DNA of 53,766 bases from Actinomycetota bacterium (lineage in GTDB: Bacteria > Actinomycetota > Acidimicrobiia > IMCC26256 > VFJJ01), in the NCBI GenBank assembly GCA_009886115.1, contig VFJJ01000077.1, positions 1 through 53,766 of the forward strand. Reading direction: 5' to 3'. The notes under the pieces were generated by a model that was not told where the DNA came from, searched no databases, and saw only the letters and a list, made by a program, of their open reading frames with translations. Below, in pieces: positions 41,673-53,766 of the stretch. A program made the position numbers and the translations under genes. Position 1 is the first letter of the stretch, and the number at the start of each line of letters is the position of its first letter.

Positions 41673-42610
41673 GCGCGGAACCGGTCCCGCCCGCGCCCGC
41701 CGGACGACCCGGGCTGCTCGTGATGGCCCACGGCACGCCGGCAACGCCGTCCGAGATCGAGCCCTTCTACACCCGGATCCGTCGTGGTCGGCCCCCCACG
41801 GCTGAGCAGCTCGCCGATCTCGTGGCCCGCTACGAGGCCATCGGGGGCTTGTCCCCGTTGCACGAGCGGACCCAGGCTCAGGTCTCGGCCCTGAGCCGCT
41901 CCCTGCCGGGCTGGCCGGTGGCGCTCGGGCAGAAGATGACCGAGCCGACCATCGAGGACGGCATGCGCAAGCTGGCCGGCGCAGGCGCCGATCTCGTCGT
42001 CGGACTCGTCCTCGCACCGCATTTCTCGACCATGAGCGTGGGCGAGTACCACCGCCGAGCCAGCGACGCGGCCGCTGCTGCCGGCATCGCCTATGTGCCC
42101 ATCGAGTCGTGGCACCTTCTGGAGTCGTACGTCGAGTTCCTCGCGTCGGCTGTCCAGGCGTCGCTCGTGGCTCTGCCGGTGCCGAGCCGGGTGATCTTCA
42201 CCGCCCATTCGCTTCCCGCGCGGATCCTCGAGTCGGGTGATCCGTATCCCGATCAGCTCCGGGCGACGGCTGTCGCGGTGGCCGAGCGGTGCAACCTGGT
42301 GGAGGGCCGCGACTGGCGCACCGCCTGGCAGAGCGCCGGACGTACCCCCGATCCCTGGCTGGGACCCGACATCCTCGAGGCCCTCCGCGAGGATGCGGCG
42401 TCGTTCACCGTGTCGGGCGTGCTGGTGTGCGCCTGCGGCTTCGTCGCCGACCATCTCGAGGTGCTCTACGACCTCGACATCGAGGCCGCCGGCATCGCCC
42501 GGGGTGTCGGTCTCGCCTTTGCCCGGACGCCGTCGCTCGACGACGATCCGGCGGTCATGGCCGGCCTGGCCGGCCTGGTCGCGTCGGTCGCGTCGGTCGC
42601 ACTGCGGTGA
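41669..42610 (+). CDS. hemH: Ferrochelatase (likely coproporphyrin ferrochelatase CpfC)
   Basis: [52 protein letters not shown] overlap with hemE. Confidence 0.95.
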   Translation: MSAEPVPPAPAGRPGLLVMAHGTPATPSEIEPFYTRIRRGRPPTAEQLADLVARYEAIGGLSPLHERTQAQVSALSRSLPGWPVALGQKMTEPTIEDGMRKLAGAGADLVVGLVLAPHFSTMSVGEYHRRASDAAAAAGIAYVPIESWHLLESYVEFLASAVQASLVALPVPSRVIFTAHSLPARILESGDPYPDQLRATAVAVAERCNLVEGRDWRTAWQSAGRTPDPWLGPDILEALREDAASFTVSGVLVCACGFVADHLEVLYDLDIEAAGIARGVGLAFARTPSLDDDPAVMAGLAGLVASVASVALR

Positions 42611-43965
42611 GCATCTCCGATCCTCGGACCGTCGTCGTCGTCGGAGGTGGCATCACCGGACTCGCCGCGGCCTTCGAGGCAGCGACGCGAGGCGCCCGGG
42701 TCACCGTGCTCGAGGCCGGCGGTCGTTTCGGAGGCAACATCTGGACGCCGGAGTTCGAGGGCCGGCCCGTCGACGCCGCGGCCGACATGTTCCTGGCCCG
42801 GGTGCCCTGGGCGCTCGATCTCGTCACCGAGCTCGGGCTGACCGACGAGCTCGTGAGCCCCGCCGCCAACGCAGCATGGATCTGGGCTCGGGGCCGAGCC
42901 CGCCGGCTGCCGCAGGGTCTCGTGCTCGGCGTGCCGACGTCGATCCCGGCGGTGGCCCGGTCGGGGATCCTCGGTCCTCTCGCGCTGGCGAGGGCCGGTC
43001 TCGACCTGGTGCGTCCCCGCTACCCGCGCCGCAATGCCGACGACATCGCCGTCGGCGAGCTCATCCGCCACCGCTTCGGCCGAGCGGTCAACGGCTACCT
43101 CGTCGATCCGCTGCTCGGCGGCATCAACGCCGGGCACACCGACACCCTGTCGCTCGCGGCTGCAGTGCCCCAGCTCGTCGACGGCCTCACCGGCCATCGG
43201 AGCGTGCTGGTGGGCTTGCGCTCTCATCTGGCAACCAACCCACCCGATCCGAGCCGTCCCGTCTTCCATTCCTTTCGGGGGGGCATGGGGCGGCTGGTGG
43301 AGGCGCTCGTCGAGCGGCTCGAGTCGATGGGCGTCGAGCTGGTCGCCAACACACCGGTGGCAACGCTGTCCGAGGTGGCGTCTTCGGCTGACGGGGTGGT
43401 CGTGGCACTTCCCGCCCACGCCGCGGCGGCGCTGGTGCGAACGAGCGCGCCTCGAGCCGCCGATCTGCTCGCCACGATCGACGCCGCGTCGGTCGCCGTG
43501 GTCCTGGCCGACTACGACGCCGACGCCGTTCCGATGCACCTCGACGGTAGCGGCCTCCTCGTGCCGTCACCTGAGGGTCGCCGCATCAGCGCCGTGTCGT
43601 GGGCCTCGTCCAAGTGGCCCACGATCGCCCGTGACGGACGGGCCACCTTCCGCATCTCGGTGGGACGCGACGGCGACGACCTCGCCACGAAGCTCGATGA
43701 CGAGCGCCTCCTCGCCATCGTTGGTTCCGAGCTCCGCTCCCTCATGGGGATCGTCGCCGAGCCCCTCGCCACGCGGGTGCTCCGCTGGCCCCGGGCGTTC
43801 CCGCAGTACCGCCCCGGACATCTCCGCCTCGTCGACACGATCGAGCGAACGCTCATGGACGAGGCCCGGCACGTTCGTGTGGCCGGGGCGTCGTATCGCG
43901 GCCTTGGCATCCCGGCGTGCATCCGCCAGGGACGCGACGCCGCCGCGTCGCTCCTCGCCAGCTGA
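42607..43965 (+). CDS. hemG: Protoporphyrinogen/coproporphyrinogen oxidase (HemY/CgoX type)
   Basis: VVGGGITGLAAA, LVDPLLGGINAG, RWPRAFPQY.PGH, GLGIPACI.QG; GTGA overlap with hemH. Confidence 0.93.
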   Translation: MSISDPRTVVVVGGGITGLAAAFEAATRGARVTVLEAGGRFGGNIWTPEFEGRPVDAAADMFLARVPWALDLVTELGLTDELVSPAANAAWIWARGRARRLPQGLVLGVPTSIPAVARSGILGPLALARAGLDLVRPRYPRRNADDIAVGELIRHRFGRAVNGYLVDPLLGGINAGHTDTLSLAAAVPQLVDGLTGHRSVLVGLRSHLATNPPDPSRPVFHSFRGGMGRLVEALVERLESMGVELVANTPVATLSEVASSADGVVVALPAHAAAALVRTSAPRAADLLATIDAASVAVVLADYDADAVPMHLDGSGLLVPSPEGRRISAVSWASSKWPTIARDGRATFRISVGRDGDDLATKLDDERLLAIVGSELRSLMGIVAEPLATRVLRWPRAFPQYRPGHLRLVDTIERTLMDEARHVRVAGASYRGLGIPACIRQGRDAAASLLAS

Positions 43966-43982
43966 GCCCCGCTCCCCCTTCC

Positions 43983-44029
43983 AAATGTGCGCGGAAATGC
44001 GCACCGGGTGCGCATTTCCGCGCACATTT
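43983..44029. repeat. REP-like perfect palindrome (23-bp arms)
   Basis: AAATGTGCGCGGAAATGCGCACC-G-GGTGCGCATTTCCGCGCACATTT followed by CGGGGG; between convergent hemG and ettA. Confidence 0.9.
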
Positions 44030-44038
44030 CGGGGGTTG

Positions 44039-45724
<1,686 letters not shown>

Positions 45725-45758
45725 CCGTGCATGGTACCGCTGACTACGGTCGAATCCC

Positions 45759-46625
45759 GTGAACGAGGTCACCCCTTCCCGCTATCGGTTCCTCGTCTCG
45801 CCCCGGTGGATCGTGGGTCACGTCATCGTCGCGGCACTGTGCGTGTCGATGATCTGGCTCGGGTTCTGGCAGCTCGGTCGGCTCGACGAGAAGAAGCAGT
45901 TCCGGGCCGAGGTCGGTGCCCAGCTCACGAACCCGCCCACGGCGCTCGACGCTCTCGAGCTCACGACAGCTGAGCGCTATCGCCCCGTCACGGTCACCGG
46001 GGTCTTCGACGACGAGAGCACGGTGCTCGTCGCCAACCGGGGGTTCAAGGGCCAGTCGGGCTACGAGGTCCTCACGCCTCTCGCGATCGCACGCGACGCC
46101 ACCGATGCCACCGACGATGGTCCTGGCACCTTCGCCACGGTCGTCATCGACCGGGGCTGGGTACCCCTGTCGAACGTGGTGGCCACCCTGCCTGCGATTC
46201 CGGCCGCACCCACCGGTACGGTCACGGTCACGGGATTCCTCGACACGTTCGAGCGCGGGTCGGTGACCCTCGACGTCGGCCCCCCGGCGGTGGTCACCAA
46301 GATCGCGGCCAACCACTTCACGGCGTCGCCGGATGTCGCGCCGCTCGTCGTGCAGCTGACCGGCCTGGCCCCCGCAGCGGCCGACGGGCAACCGTTCCCC
46401 CAGGAGCCGCCCGACATCAGCCTGGGCCCGCATCTCAGCTATGCGCTGCAATGGTTCGTGTTCACCGCCATGCTGGCCGGCATGTGGCCCTTGCTGATCA
46501 GACGGGCCGCCCAGGTCCGTGAACGAAGGTTACGAGCAGGCAACGCCACGCCGGTCAGGCCACCGGAGGAGCCGTCCGATCGAACCACGGATGCGCCTGC
46601 TCCAGTTGGGTCGCCACGCGAATGA
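45759..46625 (+). CDS. SURF1 family protein
   Basis: LGFWQLGRLDEK, GYEVLTPL, IDRGWVP, GPHLSYALQWFVF; two TM helices. Confidence 0.92.
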   Translation: MNEVTPSRYRFLVSPRWIVGHVIVAALCVSMIWLGFWQLGRLDEKKQFRAEVGAQLTNPPTALDALELTTAERYRPVTVTGVFDDESTVLVANRGFKGQSGYEVLTPLAIARDATDATDDGPGTFATVVIDRGWVPLSNVVATLPAIPAAPTGTVTVTGFLDTFERGSVTLDVGPPAVVTKIAANHFTASPDVAPLVVQLTGLAPAAADGQPFPQEPPDISLGPHLSYALQWFVFTAMLAGMWPLLIRRAAQVRERRLRAGNATPVRPPEEPSDRTTDAPAPVGSPRE

Positions 46626-48000
46626 GCGTGGCCTCGTCGCCGAAACGGGCGCCGAGCTGCACACCGACCGGCAGCCCTGCCGGAGCGTCCCCCGAGCTCC
46701 CCGTCGTCCACCACAGTGGCAGCGAGATCGCCGGTTGTCCGGTGACGTTGAACAGTTGGGTGAAGCCCACGAAGCGGCCGATGCGCTGACGATAGAGCGC
46801 GGTGTCGCCGTTGGGGTCGAGCCAGCCGATCGGTACCGGCGGGGTGCCCAGGGTCGGCGAGCACACCAGGTCGTAGATGGCATGGAACTCGGCCATCGTG
46901 CGGCTGGCGGCGTGAAGGCCGCGCACGGCGAGCGCGTACTGCGCACCGGTCACGGCCTTGCCGGTCTCATACGCCCCAAGGGTTCCCGGCTCGAGGTCGT
47001 CGTCGCGCAGCGAGCGTCCCAACGTCGAGAGGCGTTCGTCGACCGTCGCCACCAGGTTGGCCGTCATGATCAGGTAGGCCCCGGCCAACGCGGGGCCGAG
47101 TGCGGGCCAACGGTCGAGGTGTTCGACGTGATGGCCGAGCGCCTCACATGCCCGTGCCGCGTGCTCGGCCGCGGCCACACACTCGGGGTCGACGGCGGCC
47201 CCCGACAACGCCACGGTCACCAGCGCGATCCGCAGCTGGCCCGGGTCGGCGCCGACCTCGTCGAGAAACGGCCGGGCGGGTGGCGGCGCCCAGTACGGAT
47301 CGCCCGGGTGCGGAGCACACACCGCGTCGAGCAGCGCTGCGGTATCGCGCACCGACCGGGTGACGGTGCCGCCGATCGACATGCCGGCCCATCCCTCGCC
47401 GGCATGGGGGGCCTGGGTCACGCGACCCCGGGTGGGCTTGAGTCCCACCAGTCCGCAGGCCGAGGCGGGGATGCGGATCGAGCCTCCCCCGTCGGTGGCG
47501 TGCGCCGCGGGCACCATGCCCGAGGCCACCGCCGCGGCCGCTCCCCCGCTCGATCCCCCGGTCGTGCGGCCGAGATCCCACGGGTTGCGCGACGGCCCGA
47601 ACAACAGCGGCTCGGTGGTGCCGGTGAGGCCGAACTCGGGCGAGTTGGTCTTACCCAGGATGGCCATCCCGGATCGACGCCAGCGGGCGACGAACTCGGA
47701 GTCGACCGTCGCGACGGCGTCGGCGAACAGGCGCGACCCGTTGGTGGTGGGCGCGCCGGCCACGTGGGCGTTCAGATCCTTGATGAGGAACGGCACCCCG
47801 GTGAACGGGCCGTCCGGCAGGCCCGCCGCCACCGCCGCCCGGGCCTCATCGTCGAGCCGGTGGACCACGGCGTTCACGGCAGGGTTGCGGGCCTCGACCC
47901 GCTCGATGGCCGCCTCGAGCACCTCGGAGGCGCTCACGCTGCCTTCGGCCACCAGCCCGGCCAGCCCCATGGCGTCGTAGCTCTCGTACTCGTCGAACAC
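46555..48000 (-). CDS. Amidase signature family protein
   Basis: [50 protein letters not shown] 48000 after AAGGGGG. Confidence 0.94.
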   Translation of the reverse strand: MFDEYESYDAMGLAGLVAEGSVSASEVLEAAIERVEARNPAVNAVVHRLDDEARAAVAAGLPDGPFTGVPFLIKDLNAHVAGAPTTNGSRLFADAVATVDSEFVARWRRSGMAILGKTNSPEFGLTGTTEPLLFGPSRNPWDLGRTTGGSSGGAAAAVASGMVPAAHATDGGGSIRIPASACGLVGLKPTRGRVTQAPHAGEGWAGMSIGGTVTRSVRDTAALLDAVCAPHPGDPYWAPPPARPFLDEVGADPGQLRIALVTVALSGAAVDPECVAAAEHAARACEALGHHVEHLDRWPALGPALAGAYLIMTANLVATVDERLSTLGRSLRDDDLEPGTLGAYETGKAVTGAQYALAVRGLHAASRTMAEFHAIYDLVCSPTLGTPPVPIGWLDPNGDTALYRQRIGRFVGFTQLFNVTGQPAISLPLWWTTGSSGDAPAGLPVGVQLGARFGDEATLIRVATQLEQAHPWFDRTAPPVA

Positions 48001-48154
48001 CGTTCCCCCTTGGCCTCGGGGTGCTCCCGAGTCTCGAGGTACGACAGTATCGGCCGGTCCCCGAACGCGCCGGTGCGGGACGCTTGCGCGCCCCGCACCG
48101 GTCACAGATGCATCAGGTTGGCCTGCAGGGATCGGGGCCTGAGCCCCTCACCCC

Positions 48155-51100
48155 TCAGGGAGCGAGGATGAAGTCAGCTGCGGTGATGGCGGCCGGAGCC
48201 GTCGTCCGCAAGCGGATGGTGCCTCCTCCCACCCTGATGCGCGTCGAGCCGCCGCCGCCGTTGGCGATGGTCACCGAGGTGTTGAACATCGCCGCCGTGA
48301 CATCCAGCGTCGAGATGTCGAGCAGGTCTTGCCCGGCCCCTCCGCTGGAGTCGAAGTTGCGGATGTCGTCGGCCCCGTACCCGGCGGCGAACTTCATCGT
48401 GTCGGCCCCGCCGGCTGCGAGGAAGATGTTGTCGTTGCCTGCGCTGCCGCGGATCACGTCGTTCGCCGCGTTCCCGGTGATGTTGTCGGCACCGGCCCCG
48501 CCGTCGATCTCGACGATCCCGATGAGGGAGACCGCCGCGAAGTTGAGCGTGGTGGCACCGGCGTGACCGGTGATCCTCACGTTGGTGAACCCGAAGGCAT
48601 CGATGGACTCGATACCAGCGATGGCCGACAGGCCGAAGGAGGTGCCGTCCGACATCGCCCGCATGGTGTCGACGTCGGCACCACCGTTGACGTTGTCGAA
48701 GCCCTCGACGCCGTTGACGTTGATGATGTCGTTGCCGGCACCGGTGTTGACGGTGTCAGCCCCGACCCCGGCGTTGACGATGTCGGAACCGCCGAGGGAG
48801 TTGATGATGTCGTCGCCGCCACCACCGTTGATGATGTCGTCGAACGCCGTCCCGGTCAGCGTCTCGCCTGCTACGAAGGCCGGGATGAAGTCACCCGTGC
48901 CGCCGGTGGCCGCCGAGATGACGGTCTCCGGCGTCCCGTGGCCGTCGGTGTAGGTCACGACCACCCGGAGGGTGGCGTTGACGTCGGCCTGGACCGGGGT
49001 GTAGGGGGCCAGGTTGGCATCGGGGATGTTCGCGCCGTTGCGCTGCCATTGGATGGCGAGCGGCCCGAGCCCGTCGGCGTCGGCGATGGTGCTGACGTCG
49101 ACGCTGAGGGGCACCGTCTCCGTCGGGGTGAGGTCGCTGATCACGGCCGCCCCGGTCGGAGCATCGTTGACGTTGACGACCGGAGCCGTCACCATCGACA
49201 TGAGCTGCTCGGGCGTACCACCACCGTCTGTGAAGTTGGCCACGACCCGAAGGACGAGACCGACCTGGGCGTTACCGGGAGTGAACGTCGCCCCGTTGAC
49301 CACCGACGTCCAGGGGCCGGCCGGAGTGGTGGCCGACTGCCAGGTGAGCACCACCGGCAGCGGGCCGAATCCGTCGAGGTCGACGATGTTGTTGGCCGTG
49401 GCCGTGATCGGCGTGCCCTCGACCGGTGCCAGGCTGTTGAGGTTGACCGTCCCCGTCGCCGGCGAGTTCGCAGCCCCGAGACCGGTCGGGATGTCCTCGA
49501 CGTTGAGGACCGCTCCGGTGACCGGGTCGATGGTGACGAACCGCAGGATCTCGACGTTGGTGATCAGGTCGATCCCCTGCCCGATCCCGACGGGAACCGC
49601 TGGCGCATGCGTGACCTGGAACGTCAGGTTGTCGGCCAGCAGCTCGATGATGAAGTCGCTGCTCGGACCGGTGAACAACGCCACGTCGACGCTGAGATCG
49701 GTGAGCGGGTCGGGTGTCCCGTCGATGAGCTCCCTGACGATGGCGACGTTGCCCGGGTCGACCAGGCCGGCGAAGATGGCCTGCTGCAGGTTCATGCCCG
49801 CAGTGCCCGGCCCGAAGTTACCGGTGAGCGCCTGGCTCGAGAGCCGATCGGTCGAGCCGATCTCGGTGCCCGGGTCGGCCGGGTTGGTGCGAACGCTGAG
49901 CCGCACGTTCATGTACAGGTCACCGTCGATGATGTCGTCGCCGCCCCGTCCCTCGATGAGGTCGGAACCGGCCCCACCGATGAGCACGTCGCCCGCCGCA
50001 AAGACCGGTCCGGCGAGGGTGATCCGGCAGTGCCGGCTCTGCGATGCCGCGATGATCGGCGCCGAAGGTTCGGTCAGATCAGGGATCAGTGCGTCGAACC
50101 CGGTGACCTGGTTGAGGCTGTCCTGGTCGAGGGCGTTGCAGCCGACGAACCCGACGCCGGTCACGTCCCGCGGGGCCAGGTCGGCACCCCGAAGGATGTC
50201 GTTGTGCATCCAGCCGCTCAGGGCCTCGACCTCATCGAAGCGGGTCCGCAGGTCGTTGACCGTGACCGGCACGCCTGCGAGCTTCAGGTTCAGGTCCACG
50301 TCTTGGGGAAGGTCGTTGAGGCCGATCAACCAGTCGTAGCCGGCCTCACCGGAGGCCTTCTCGATGCCCGGACCGGCAACCATGACGTCGTCGCCGCCTT
50401 CACCGTCGTAGTCGTCGTCACCACCGTCGCCGAAGAAGACGTCGCTGCCCGGCATGTCCTGGTCGATGAAGAAGAACGAGCTGCTGTCACCGATCAGGAG
50501 GTCCTGAGCGCCGAGCCCCTCGATCCAGTCGTCACCGCCGCCGCCGAAGGTCACGTCCGCGCCGGCGCTCCCGTAGGAGAAGTCGTTGCCGGGACCCGCG
50601 AACACCTCACCACCGTTGAAGCCGGTGTTGAGGAGGTCGTGGCCGCTGCCACCCAGGACGATGTCGAGGCCCGGGCCGGAGTCGATGGCGTCGTTGCCCG
50701 GACCGCCCTTGAGGACATCGTCGCCGTGCGAGTCGGTGATGATGTCGTTGCCCTCACCGCCGAGAGCCACGTCAGCACCGTCGTTGCCTTCGATGATGTC
50801 GTTGCCCAGACCGCCCCAGAAGGTGTCGTTGTCGATGCCACCCCACATGCGGTCGTTGGCGTCGGTGCCGTTGAAGACCGACTGGCCGTTGATACCGGCC
50901 GGGTCGACCTGGTTGCTCGTCCGGTACCGGATGGTCCCGTTGCTCATGCGCAGGAGCAGAAGGTTCTCGTTGCACGGGCTGGCCGGGACGTCCTGGATGG
51001 ACGTGACGCCGGTGTAGAAGCCCGAGGTGGCCGGGGAGACGAGGTTCCCAAGCTCGAAGCGGCAGTCGGCCACCGCGAACGGGTCGGCCTTCATCGTGGT

Positions 51101-53764
51101 CGTGGTCGTGTTGCGCATCACCAGCTCCGAGAACGAGTTGCCCTCGAGCTGGGTCAGGAGGTTCATGCCAAAGGTACGGGCGATGTAGTAGAAGCGGTCG
51201 CCGTTCTGCAACCGGGTCATCTGCTCCTCGAACACGTAGTTGAACGTCGAGCCCAGATGCCCGCCGAACAGGTTCGTCCGCTCGGCCAGGCCGCCCACCC
51301 ACAGGTCGATGTCGTCGACACCGGTCACCGAGATCCCGGCCACGTCGGCGAACGGGCCCGTGCTGTTGAGGAAGTGCTCACCGTTGCCGCCGAACTCGGC
51401 GATGGCGAGCAGCTCAGCCGCGTTGGCCCGCAGGCCCTCCACCGTGATCGGGACACCACCCGGGGTGATCTCGCCCGGGTTGGAGAGGCTCTCGACCAGG
51501 TCCTCGATCACTGCCGGGTCGGCGTACGCCGCGATGAAGTTGACGAGCGACTCCGGGTGCTTGATGTTGAGCCCGAAGTCGAGCCAGCTCGTGTACGGCG
51601 CCAGCTGACCGTCGTTGGTCGTGATGAAGAGCTGCTTGCGCAGGTCGTTGAGCCGCGGGATGCCTTCGGACCGACCGCGGGCCATGTTGATCGCGGGGAG
51701 GTCGAGGGGCAGACCCACGAGACGGTTTCTGAGCACGTCGGTGACGAACTCGTCGATCTCGTTACCCACCTGGTCCTGCATGCCCTGGAAGATCGAACCG
51801 GCCGCCGCCTTCGAGCTGAGCAGACCGGCCGGGCCGCCTTTGTGGTACTCGGCCGGGTTGAGGAACCCTGTGAACAGATCGACGTTGTTGGTCGAGCCGT
51901 CGAGGTTCGTCCGGTCGATCGTCTCGGTCAGCATCGAATGCCCGAACCGGTACACGGCGTCCGCGAACTCGGCGCTGATGGCCGGGTTGATGTTGGTCTG
52001 GCCGAAGGCGAAGAGGTTGAAGGGGTCGATCGCCGGCTGGATCTTCCGGGCGAACTCCTCGAACACCAGGTGCTGGTACTCCATCTCGGTGACGAAACGG
52101 GCCGCCTGGAACAGACGCTCGCCGTTCCATCCGCCGGCACCGAGCACCGTCTTCCAGTCGGCGATCGACGTGATACCGGTGTCGCCGAGGCCGTCGGAGT
52201 CGGCCATCAAAACGTTCTTGATGTCGTCGACCAGACGGTCGTGCTCGGAGTGGAAGATCTGGTGGATGGCAGTGAGACCGATGTTCTCGTTGACCCGACC
52301 ATCACCCGCGATGAAGTGCAGGTCGAGCAACTCGTCGTCGTAGAAGCCGGACGGGACGAAGGCGAGGCTCCCACCAGCCGTGAGGTTGTCGTCTGGAGTC
52401 TTGGGGGTTTCGATGCTGCCCGGCCCCGCCGCGTGGGCGATGTCGTTCAAGAACGCGATCCCGATCCGGTAGGCCCTGGCCACCGCCTCCGGGGGGAACA
52501 TGGCGTCAGCGATCGCTTGGGCCTCGACGACGGACACAGGGTCCGCGAGGTTGCCGGGGATCAGCACATCGGTGTGGCCGAGGGTCAAAAAGTCGCCGTC
52601 GAGGTCGACCTGCACCTCATACTGCGGCAGCCCGTTCCCGGCGGGGATGAACTTGCCGTAGGCGTCGACCTTGAGCATCGGGATGTTCGTGACGTCGGAG
52701 TCGACGAGCTCAAGCCCGAGCAGCGTCGCCGCCTGGAGCTTGACCTCCGCCCAGTTGGGCAGACCACCGTCGGGTGATGCGAGCAACTTGCCCGTCGAGA
52801 CCGGGAGGCCGTTCACGTTGTTCACGTACTCACGGGTGAACACCTGGTGCGACGGGTTCGACGTGTAGGTCTGGCTCTGGTCGACGAACGGCGTGTCGGT
52901 GTTCAGGGTCGTCCGGAACCCGTCGGGACCCGGTTCGATCTTCCCACGGGTCACCATCATGAAGTTCGGCGGGAACGGGTTCGTCACGGTCGGGGTGATG
53001 TAGAGCGGGTCGTCGGTCTTGAGCGGGACGACCACCGTGCCGTTGCCGCCGTTGGTGATCTTGTCGAGGCCATGATCGAAGAACTGGCCGAACAAGGCGA
53101 ACAGACCGTTGAACGGCGGCGACAGGCCCACGTCAGTGGTCACGTTCGGGATCGGCAACGTCTCACCCGGGAGAACGCAAGGGTTTCCGGGTGTCAGGGG
53201 CATGTTCGGGTCTCCGCAGACGAAGTACCCCTCGTTGCCCTGGGTCCGGACCGGGAAACCCGCCGCGGCCACCGCAGCCGGGTTGGTCGAGGTCTGATCG
53301 ACGATCAGGTTGCTGACCGTGCGGGGCTCCGAGTCGAACACGAACCCCAAGGTCTGGTCGTACGAGGTCGATCCGGAGCCGAAGGGGGCCACCCGGTTCT
53401 CGGCCGGGCGGAACTCGGGGACGGTCAACCGGGGGAACACCTGGCTGGCGGCTCCGAAGCTCTCCTGGCCCGACACCAGGTTGTTGCACGTACCGTCAAC
53501 GGTCCGCAACCCATACTCGAGCTGGGGGCTCGAGAGCTGGTAGGCGTCGGCGAACCCGTCACCGGGCTGGCGGAGCAGCGCACCACACGGCCCGGTCCCC
53601 CCGGGTAGCAGGCTGGTGTTGGTCACGTGGGCCTCGGCGATCTTGATCTGGGTCAAGATGTAGTCGAGGTCCGACGGGGTCACCACGAAGCCCTGCCCCG
53701 GCGTGTTCTGCGGCAGCGCCGAGGCGCTCTGCAGCACCGCCATGGTGGCGGCCAGTGCCGCCAT
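48155..53764 (-). CDS. Large secreted animal-type heme peroxidase with RTX/hemolysin-type Ca-binding repeats (probably 5'-truncated)
   Basis: RTVDGTCNNL, FGQFFDHGLD (distal His), GDGRVNEN, YRFGHSML (proximal His), IDLWVGGLAE, LQNGDRFYY; many GGxGxD nonapeptides; C-terminal TAADF. The frame is open to the window edge. Confidence 0.93.
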   Translation of the reverse strand: MAALAATMAVLQSASALPQNTPGQGFVVTPSDLDYILTQIKIAEAHVTNTSLLPGGTGPCGALLRQPGDGFADAYQLSSPQLEYGLRTVDGTCNNLVSGQESFGAASQVFPRLTVPEFRPAENRVAPFGSGSTSYDQTLGFVFDSEPRTVSNLIVDQTSTNPAAVAAAGFPVRTQGNEGYFVCGDPNMPLTPGNPCVLPGETLPIPNVTTDVGLSPPFNGLFALFGQFFDHGLDKITNGGNGTVVVPLKTDDPLYITPTVTNPFPPNFMMVTRGKIEPGPDGFRTTLNTDTPFVDQSQTYTSNPSHQVFTREYVNNVNGLPVSTGKLLASPDGGLPNWAEVKLQAATLLGLELVDSDVTNIPMLKVDAYGKFIPAGNGLPQYEVQVDLDGDFLTLGHTDVLIPGNLADPVSVVEAQAIADAMFPPEAVARAYRIGIAFLNDIAHAAGPGSIETPKTPDDNLTAGGSLAFVPSGFYDDELLDLHFIAGDGRVNENIGLTAIHQIFHSEHDRLVDDIKNVLMADSDGLGDTGITSIADWKTVLGAGGWNGERLFQAARFVTEMEYQHLVFEEFARKIQPAIDPFNLFAFGQTNINPAISAEFADAVYRFGHSMLTETIDRTNLDGSTNNVDLFTGFLNPAEYHKGGPAGLLSSKAAAGSIFQGMQDQVGNEIDEFVTDVLRNRLVGLPLDLPAINMARGRSEGIPRLNDLRKQLFITTNDGQLAPYTSWLDFGLNIKHPESLVNFIAAYADPAVIEDLVESLSNPGEITPGGVPITVEGLRANAAELLAIAEFGGNGEHFLNSTGPFADVAGISVTGVDDIDLWVGGLAERTNLFGGHLGSTFNYVFEEQMTRLQNGDRFYYIARTFGMNLLTQLEGNSFSELVMRNTTTTTMKADPFAVADCRFELGNLVSPATSGFYTGVTSIQDVPASPCNENLLLLRMSNGTIRYRTSNQVDPAGINGQSVFNGTDANDRMWGGIDNDTFWGGLGNDIIEGNDGADVALGGEGNDIITDSHGDDVLKGGPGNDAIDSGPGLDIVLGGSGHDLLNTGFNGGEVFAGPGNDFSYGSAGADVTFGGGGDDWIEGLGAQDLLIGDSSSFFFIDQDMPGSDVFFGDGGDDDYDGEGGDDVMVAGPGIEKASGEAGYDWLIGLNDLPQDVDLNLKLAGVPVTVNDLRTRFDEVEALSGWMHNDILRGADLAPRDVTGVGFVGCNALDQDSLNQVTGFDALIPDLTEPSAPIIAASQSRHCRITLAGPVFAAGDVLIGGAGSDLIEGRGGDDIIDGDLYMNVRLSVRTNPADPGTEIGSTDRLSSQALTGNFGPGTAGMNLQQAIFAGLVDPGNVAIVRELIDGTPDPLTDLSVDVALFTGPSSDFIIELLADNLTFQVTHAPAVPVGIGQGIDLITNVEILRFVTIDPVTGAVLNVEDIPTGLGAANSPATGTVNLNSLAPVEGTPITATANNIVDLDGFGPLPVVLTWQSATTPAGPWTSVVNGATFTPGNAQVGLVLRVVANFTDGGGTPEQLMSMVTAPVVNVNDAPTGAAVISDLTPTETVPLSVDVSTIADADGLGPLAIQWQRNGANIPDANLAPYTPVQADVNATLRVVVTYTDGHGTPETVISAATGGTGDFIPAFVAGETLTGTAFDDIINGGGGDDIINSLGGSDIVNAGVGADTVNTGAGNDIINVNGVEGFDNVNGGADVDTMRAMSDGTSFGLSAIAGIESIDAFGFTNVRITGHAGATTLNFAAVSLIGIVEIDGGAGADNITGNAANDVIRGSAGNDNIFLAAGGADTMKFAAGYGADDIRNFDSSGGAGQDLLDISTLDVTAAMFNTSVTIANGGGGSTRIRVGGGTIRLRTTAPAAITAADFILAP

Positions 53765-53766
53765 TG

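Noticed and set aside
40638..43965. Missing hemQ/chdC as a novel heme pathway
   Set aside because: The gene is often located elsewhere; absence from one window is uninformative.
48329..52777. 1482-aa plus-strand ORF
   Set aside because: Antisense shadow of the peroxidase gene caused by high-GC codon bias; no recognisable motifs.

Overview
High-GC, gene-dense chromosomal window. Gene content and many leaderless-type starts suggest an actinobacterium, probably Acidimicrobiia-like (inference). From left to right: (1) at the left edge, an apparent truncated dif (XerCD) site whose XerD arm TTATGTCAAGT recurs in five tandem 20-bp units; (2) a LytR_C membrane protein, a tandem glycine riboswitch, gcvP and two small DUF genes; (3) an orphan ORF with a sigma28-like promoter and two CsrA-type GGA hairpins; (4) a ~30 kb block of catabolic redox and hydrolase genes (OYE reductase, five amidohydrolases, two Mo-enzyme subunits, GMC oxidoreductase, P450, Rieske oxygenase alpha subunit, acyl-CoA dehydrogenases, PaaK-like ligase, SDR and ADHs) with no recognisable regulator, transporter or ferredoxin; (5) housekeeping genes (ABC-F, O-methyltransferase, hemE-hemH-hemG, ettA, SURF1, amidase); (6) a giant RTX-repeat animal-type heme peroxidase running to the right edge. 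Five intergenic REP-like palindromes share structure but not sequence. I recognised no tRNA, rRNA, CRISPR array, transposase or integrase. All family calls come from motifs read by eye, not database searches.
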